This document shows, piece by piece, positions 58,252 through 64,000 of a stretch of DNA of 64,000 nt. Position 1 is the first letter of the stretch. The number at the start of each line of letters is the position of its first letter. This DNA is from Pachysolen tannophilus NRRL Y-2460 (Eukaryota): NCBI GenBank assembly GCA_001661245.1, contig KV454012.1:588147-652146 (forward strand). The letters are read 5' to 3'. Below the pieces are notes generated by a model. It made no database searches. It was given only the letters and a program-made list of their open reading frames with translations, and had not been told where the DNA came from. The position numbers were made by a program, and so were the translations under genes.

Positions 58252-60459
58252 ATGAGTTCAAGAGGGTTAAGGAAGTTGGAAAGACAAAACTTGGAAGAAG
58301 AATTAGCCAAGTATTCGAAAAACAGCGAGTTACCAGTGGATCTGGAGGCGGAATCAAGTGAAGAAGAACAAAAAGATTTATCCAACAAGAGCAAAATCAA
58401 TGCTTTTGATTTGCTAGGAGCGGAAGAAGAAGAGGAAGAAGAGGAAGAAGAGGAAGAAAAGGAGATTAAAGATGAACAGTTGAAAGATTCAAACAAGGTA
58501 GAGGTACTCCCGAAACCTATTAATTCTAATAAAAAAAAGAAAAATAAAAAAAGTAAAAAGAGTAAAAGTAAGAAAACAGAGAAAAACAACTCTGGAGAAA
58601 GTGATCAAGAAGATATTGATCAAATCTTGAAAGAATTGGAAATCAAGGATAAAAAAGGACGTTTTGCTAATGCTTTGGTAAATACAGTTGGTAGTGATGA
58701 TGATGATGATGATGATGATGAAAATGAAGAAAGTGAATTAAACAGAACAAATTATGTTGAAGGAAATTTTGTACTGAATCATAAATATTTCACTTTATTC
58801 AAGTTGAAAAAATGTTTAAATCTTTTAAAAATTAATCCAAAAGATTTAGATCCAGATAGAGAATTTAGGAATTTATTTGGTACTGAATTGTCGGATTCAG
58901 CCATTGAGGATGCTGATTCAACTTCTTCTTCTTTTGTAACTCCTGAAATTTTGCGTCAAATTAAAAAATTATCCAAGATGGTTAGAGGTTGGGGAGGTAA
59001 GGATAGAAGATCTTTCCCAGGATCTTCAAGGAAATTGGTTTTCACTAAAATTAGAGATGATTGGATACCAACACAGATTAAAAATATATCTATGAAAGAA
59101 TGTGAGGATGAAGAAATATTAAATTTGAAAACAATTAATATTACAGATATAAATGAAATTTCTAAAATAAAGGAAACTTTACGAAAAGAAAAAAAATTTA
59201 ATATAAGATATTTCAAATTTACTGAAAATACAGATATGAAATTAGATAATTCCCAATTTTTCATATCAATTGTTATAAGACCTGATCATGAGTCATTGAT
59301 AAATTTATTACAGAAAAGTCCATATCATGTAGAAACTCTTGTACAAGTTTCTACTATTCTTTTCAGACAGGGTGACAAGTCCAATTCCAATGGTTTGATT
59401 GAAAGAGCATTATTTGTATTTGATAGAGCATTGAGACAAAATTTTGATATTGGAAATGGTTTAGTGAGATTACCTTTCAAGTATTTTCTCAATAGACAAT
59501 TTTATTTAACTTTATTTCGGTATATTCAGATATTAACACAGAAATCTACATTTTACACTGCGTTACAATATTGTATATTCATGTTATCGTTAAATCCTAC
59601 AGAAGATCCATATGGTGTTAGATATTTTATTGATTATTATTGCATTATGTCAGGAGAGTACAAGTATTTGATTGAGTTTGTTGATTCATACCTTTGTATT
59701 ACTTATAATTCTTGGTTAACTCCCAGTTTATGTTATTCTAAAGTATTGGCTTATTTACTTGATGATTATGAAAAGAATTTTGATAAGGCTGTGGAATCTT
59801 TAATTTTTGCATTTGAAAGATATCCATATACTGGTTATAAATTATTGGAAACAATAGGTCTTGGAAATGCACCACCATTATTGGATGACAATTTTTTCAA
59901 AAAAGTAACAACTACAGATGAAATTGCAACGGAAGCATACTTGATAAGAGTTAAATTGATGTGGAATAATTCTAAAGTCAAGGATTTTTTGCATGATGAA
60001 TTAATGAAATTATTTACGACTAAAAAAGAAATATTAGAAACAGAAAACACTGGTAACAATGGTGGAGTAACTTCATTTTTTTCATCTTTTTTCAAAAGAA
60101 GCGGATATACAGAGGATAAACAAAAAGAAGAAGAAGAAGAAGAAGAAGCAAAAGCAAAAGAAGAAGAAATGAAAAAAATGATTCCACTGAATTTATTAAG
60201 ACATGCAATTTTAATAGACGAACCTAGTGTTATGGCAAAGATTCCTGAAAATGTATGGGAGGGGAACGAAATTTATGATTTTGATGCGTTCCCACCAAAA
60301 GGATTAGCTGGAGAATCTATTGAAAATTTTATTGATCATGATATGATTGCAGGTGCACTAACACAACACAATGAAAACGATGCGATAATGGACGCTATAA
60401 GGGCAAGTCTTTTAGATATCGAAAATGAAAACCAAGTAATGGATGACGCTGAACCCTGA
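58252..60459 (+). CDS. RQC1: Rqc1/TCF25 ribosome quality control subunit
   Basis: MSSRGLRKL N-terminus, PYHVETLVQ, IERALFVFD, NRQFYL, EDPYGVRYFID. Confidence 0.9.
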   Translation: MSSRGLRKLERQNLEEELAKYSKNSELPVDLEAESSEEEQKDLSNKSKINAFDLLGAEEEEEEEEEEEEKEIKDEQLKDSNKVEVLPKPINSNKKKKNKKSKKSKSKKTEKNNSGESDQEDIDQILKELEIKDKKGRFANALVNTVGSDDDDDDDDENEESELNRTNYVEGNFVLNHKYFTLFKLKKCLNLLKINPKDLDPDREFRNLFGTELSDSAIEDADSTSSSFVTPEILRQIKKLSKMVRGWGGKDRRSFPGSSRKLVFTKIRDDWIPTQIKNISMKECEDEEILNLKTINITDINEISKIKETLRKEKKFNIRYFKFTENTDMKLDNSQFFISIVIRPDHESLINLLQKSPYHVETLVQVSTILFRQGDKSNSNGLIERALFVFDRALRQNFDIGNGLVRLPFKYFLNRQFYLTLFRYIQILTQKSTFYTALQYCIFMLSLNPTEDPYGVRYFIDYYCIMSGEYKYLIEFVDSYLCITYNSWLTPSLCYSKVLAYLLDDYEKNFDKAVESLIFAFERYPYTGYKLLETIGLGNAPPLLDDNFFKKVTTTDEIATEAYLIRVKLMWNNSKVKDFLHDELMKLFTTKKEILETENTGNNGGVTSFFSSFFKRSGYTEDKQKEEEEEEEAKAKEEEMKKMIPLNLLRHAILIDEPSVMAKIPENVWEGNEIYDFDAFPPKGLAGESIENFIDHDMIAGALTQHNENDAIMDAIRASLLDIENENQVMDDAEP

Positions 60460-60579
60460 GTGTGATTACATTTAATTTCATTTATAGAATTGAATTACAT
60501 TTAAAACCAGTGTATAGTCAAAAATAAAAAATAATTGAAAAAAAAATTACATACATACATCCTGTAGTATATATAAACT

Positions 60580-61208
60580 TTACTTCAAATTAGCATTGAT
60601 GTGCAATTCCGAGGCCGGCTTGGTAACAGCTCCTAGCAACAAGTCAATCACAGCCTTTTTATTCTTCAGCGCAGTGGCTTCAAGTTTGGCTATTTCAGTT
60701 GCAGCTTCTTTCTCAGCATCAGCATCAGCAGTGACATTTTCACCTGAGTGCTATTCATAAAAAAAAATAAATTAATAAATTAAAAACTTGTTAGTTTAGG
60801 AGCAAAAAATAAAATAAGATAATAAGACCTCCATCAATTGAATCAATAAACTCACCTCAGCTTCAAATTTCTTAAGTTCTTGCTCTTTCTTTGATTTGTA
60901 TGCTTCAATTTCTTTAGCAGCATCAGCCTTTGCATCTTTCAACTTTTGAGCACGGTCTACATCACAATTATCAATATAATACATTAGTATTCGCCACATC
61001 TCAATAACAAAACACCAGATTCCCTATCTTTGAGAAGAAAAAAGTTATCTATACTTACAAGCTCTAGCCTCTGAAACTATTTCATGAGCTTCTTTCTCGG
61101 CTTTTAAAAGAGTTTGAATTCCTGACTATCATAAAGTGTTAGTAAAAAAAAAAAAAAAAACAACATCCAGCAAATAGATCCATCACCACTCTACTTTCAA
61201 CATACCAT
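60580..61208 (-). CDS. VMA10: V-ATPase subunit G, four exons (61206-61208, 61059-61125, 60856-60956, 60580-60750)
   Basis: Splices to MSGIQTLLKAEKEAHEIVSEARAYRAQKLKDAK...ELHINANLK; 5' sites GTATGT, GTAAGT and GTGAGT. Confidence 0.93.
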
Positions 61209-61450
61209 TGCTATCACTATCTTCTATATCAGAGTTATAACCTTTTAATTACTTTATCAACAATTGACTTATAATTTGGCCTTTTTTGTAATTGAAATTA
61301 TTTCATTTAAAAATTTTATAGCAAAAACACTACAAAAAGTGAATTAACAAAGAATTTTATCTTTAATTCAAATGATTTTTTTTTTAAAATAGAATTAGAA
61401 TCGAGTTGAAGGTGAGGTATTGACGTTGAAGAGAGATTAGAGGTTGATCG

Positions 61451-62410
61451 ATGGAGACTCTGCAGTTATGTCAGATATGTTATGCGAGCGAGTATAGGTA
61501 TAAGTGTCCTGCCTGTGGTTGTAAGAGTTGTTCTTTAAAATGTGTTAATAGGCATAAGCTTCAATTTGAATGTAGTGGTATGGTTGATCCTACCAGTTAT
61601 AAGGCTAAACAAGAGTTACAAGACTCTGATGTTAATAGAGATTACAATTTTTTGATGGGGTTGGGACGTAAGATTGATATTGGGAAGGCTGATTCTGGTA
61701 AGACCAAGCCGTTGCTTAGTTATAATAATAGTTATAATAATCGGAAAAGAACGTATAGTGGAAGAAATAATGTTGATGGAGTTGATCATCATTTTTTTGG
61801 TAAAAATAGTATGGTGAAGAGAGGATGTTTTGTTAAACCTCTTCCAAAGGGGATGCATCGTTCTAATGTTAATAAGACTGGATTTGATAAGAGGAAAAAT
61901 TGTTTTAATTGGACAGTAGAGTGGATATTAATAGATAAAGGAAATCAGATTTTACAAACTTTCACCAGTTTTAGATGTAATGAGAGTTTAAAACTAATTG
62001 AAGCCTTCCCAGGGAGAAAATTTGAAAAAATTCAAGATTTAAAAGACAGTGATGATTTAGATCGAAATAATCAGTATTATTTCTTTATACGTGACTATTC
62101 TACTAACGATAAGACATTGTTTAAATTGGATGGAGAAAGCGTCATAGCAGATATAGTCAAGAATAAGACTGTGCTAGAGTTCCCGACCATTTACTTGTCA
62201 TTGGATACTACCATCGATGGCTATAAGATCCTAGGCGATGGTGAAGATCATGAAAATGAGACTAAAAGCAATAACAATAGTAGTAGTAGTAGTAGTAGCA
62301 ATAGTAGTAATAGTAGCAGCAGTAGCAGCGAGGAAAGCGATACCGATGATAACGTTAACAATTCAGAAGAAGATATAGACGAGGGACCCACTGAGGAATC
62401 AGCAAAATAA
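61451..62410 (+). CDS. BCD1: Zf-HIT box C/D snoRNP assembly factor Bcd1
   Basis: CQIC..YKCPAC..CSLKC..HK..CSG, RDYNFL, LPKGMHRS..NKT, WTVEW, VLEFPTI. Confidence 0.92.
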   Translation: METLQLCQICYASEYRYKCPACGCKSCSLKCVNRHKLQFECSGMVDPTSYKAKQELQDSDVNRDYNFLMGLGRKIDIGKADSGKTKPLLSYNNSYNNRKRTYSGRNNVDGVDHHFFGKNSMVKRGCFVKPLPKGMHRSNVNKTGFDKRKNCFNWTVEWILIDKGNQILQTFTSFRCNESLKLIEAFPGRKFEKIQDLKDSDDLDRNNQYYFFIRDYSTNDKTLFKLDGESVIADIVKNKTVLEFPTIYLSLDTTIDGYKILGDGEDHENETKSNNNSSSSSSSNSSNSSSSSSEESDTDDNVNNSEEDIDEGPTEESAK

Positions 62411-62613
62411 AACAAAAAGAAAGAAAGAAAGAAAGTGAAAAAAAAAAATTGCTGAAACTTGAAATTTATATGTATGTACAAAGTTGAAATGTAAATTTTT
62501 TATTTAATTAAGTAAAATTCTTTAAATTGTATATTTTATAGAATTAGTGATAAATTTATAAAAGTGAAAGATTTAAGATATAAGAGTTGGAAGGGCTCTT
62601 TATAGTTATGTAA

Positions 62614-64000
62614 ATGGCGTCATCGCAATTTGGTGATTCCAATAATTTAGATGAAAGTCTTTTAATTTCGTCACTTTCATTAGGTGAATCTGTTTCAAAT
62701 TCAGATTTGATGCAGTTAGAAACACCTTTCAAACAAGGTGATAGCGATGATAGTAATAATAATAACAACAATAATAATAATAATATGAAACACTCGTTGA
62801 ATGTTTCTTCGTTGAGAAGGCTGTATGACATTGATGGGGATGTGATAATGACAGACTCGCCATTACCCAAGAGGTATTATAATTATTTTGATACAATTAA
62901 AAAAGTTCAAGATATAAGGACAAGTAATAATACTACTGGGACTATGGATATGAATGGTTATGGTTATAATTATGGGACTGTAATTGGTGATGCTAATGCT
63001 CATAAAGATGGAAATAACAATGATAGAAATAAGAATATGAGCTTGGATTTGTTAAATTTGCAAAATAAGTTACAAGTGATTGATAGTGATATTGAAATTT
63101 TAAATCATAGAGAAGAAGATATTTTAACAAATTATGATACTGAGAATGTAGATATAAATACCAATTACAATGAAGAAAAGGAAGATTTACAAACTCCACA
63201 AGTTGTAACTTATAAAAAAAATGGTGGTGATAGTTTGATAAAGACAATACTTTCACCAACTTTATTGGGAGCAAAGACAGCTTATAAAATTTCTCCTCAT
63301 AGTAATCCAAAGAAGCTATTATTAGAAATGCCTCAACAGGAACTGGAATTTCAAGAAAAGTGCAAATGGGGAACAGATCATGGAAATCAAGAAGAAGAAG
63401 AAGAAGAAATTTTAGAGTATGATACTGCAAAGAATCTGGTGGCTGTGTCCAATTACAACTATATGGGAAGTATTAATCGGGACAGTAGTTCATCAAACGT
63501 TACTATCCAGGAGCCAGATGATAATTTTGGAAATCAGGTACGACAATTATGGAATAGAAATGAGAATGACCCAGCTCTTCCGATCCAGTTTCAACTCCAT
63601 CAGCATCAGCATCAGCATCATCATCATTACTACAACAATAATAACAACAATAACAACAACAACAGTCAATTGCAAAAAAATAATAGCGCAGGCGCAAATG
63701 GTAATTCTTTAACAAAGGTATCACCAACAACCTCAGGACCTTCAGTACCTTCATCACAAAGGTTTCAAAGCTTAGCACAAAATCAACAGCAACATAGGTT
63801 AGATTTAGAACCTTATTACTTACCTTCTCCTTGGATGGTAAAAATTTCCAAATTTCCATATGTGATATCATCTTATTTGCAAATCTTTTTCAACATTTTA
63901 ATCCTGGGATATTTCCTGGTTGTTGTTTTCAAAATGACCAAGACTATAAATTTCGATATCAATTTAAAAATTAAAGAAAATTTAAACAATATTCATAGCG
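62614..64000 (+). CDS. Brl1/Brr6-family nuclear envelope protein, 3'-partial
   Basis: Open frame running off the window end (absent from the ORF track); long N/Q/H low-complexity region, then PYVISSYLQIFFN-TM-..DINLKI, the start of the Brr6-like domain. Confidence 0.75.
   Translation, partial: MASSQFGDSNNLDESLLISSLSLGESVSNSDLMQLETPFKQGDSDDSNNNNNNNNNNMKHSLNVSSLRRLYDIDGDVIMTDSPLPKRYYNYFDTIKKVQDIRTSNNTTGTMDMNGYGYNYGTVIGDANAHKDGNNNDRNKNMSLDLLNLQNKLQVIDSDIEILNHREEDILTNYDTENVDINTNYNEEKEDLQTPQVVTYKKNGGDSLIKTILSPTLLGAKTAYKISPHSNPKKLLLEMPQQELEFQEKCKWGTDHGNQEEEEEEILEYDTAKNLVAVSNYNYMGSINRDSSSSNVTIQEPDDNFGNQVRQLWNRNENDPALPIQFQLHQHQHQHHHHYYNNNNNNNNNNSQLQKNNSAGANGNSLTKVSPTTSGPSVPSSQRFQSLAQNQQQHRLDLEPYYLPSPWMVKISKFPYVISSYLQIFFNILILGYFLVVVFKMTKTINFDINLKIKENLNNIHS

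Noticed and set aside
23315..60459. HEL2 and RQC1 plus several ribosome-biogenesis genes as a functional cluster
   Set aside because: They are tens of kb apart with unrelated genes in between, consistent with chance
1..64000. Transposons, LTRs, CRISPR arrays, rRNA or tRNA genes
   Set aside because: None recognised

Overview
AT-rich, gene-dense chromosomal segment of a budding yeast, with short GT..AG introns (often with TACTAAC-type branch points) and two N-gaps. Conserved protein positions indicate that CUG is read as alanine, so the organism is probably in the CUG-Ala clade (Pachysolen/Nakazawaea/Peterozyma-like) and the supplied ORF track mistranslates every CTG. Gene order: two tandem HXT-type sugar transporters, arginyl-tRNA synthetase, FCF1, TRA1, an unknown spliced membrane protein, GEP4, HEL2, PEX10, RAD30, an intronic snR67-snR53 snoRNA pair, ERD1, RRP17, MEK1, NAM8, a complex I B8/ASHI subunit, SWR1 (one frameshift), RTC3, a DH-PH RhoGEF, an amidase, RRF1, MSC7, IPI1, RQC1, VMA10, BCD1 and a partial BRL1/BRR6. 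The most striking anomaly is IPI1, which is broken by a ~1.19 kb inversion (~57064-58249) that also turns the apparent RQC1 promoter away from RQC1; flipping it back restores both. The snoRNA host appears to have abutting introns (AG|GT, no exon between). Gene identifications come from recalled protein motifs; no database search was run.
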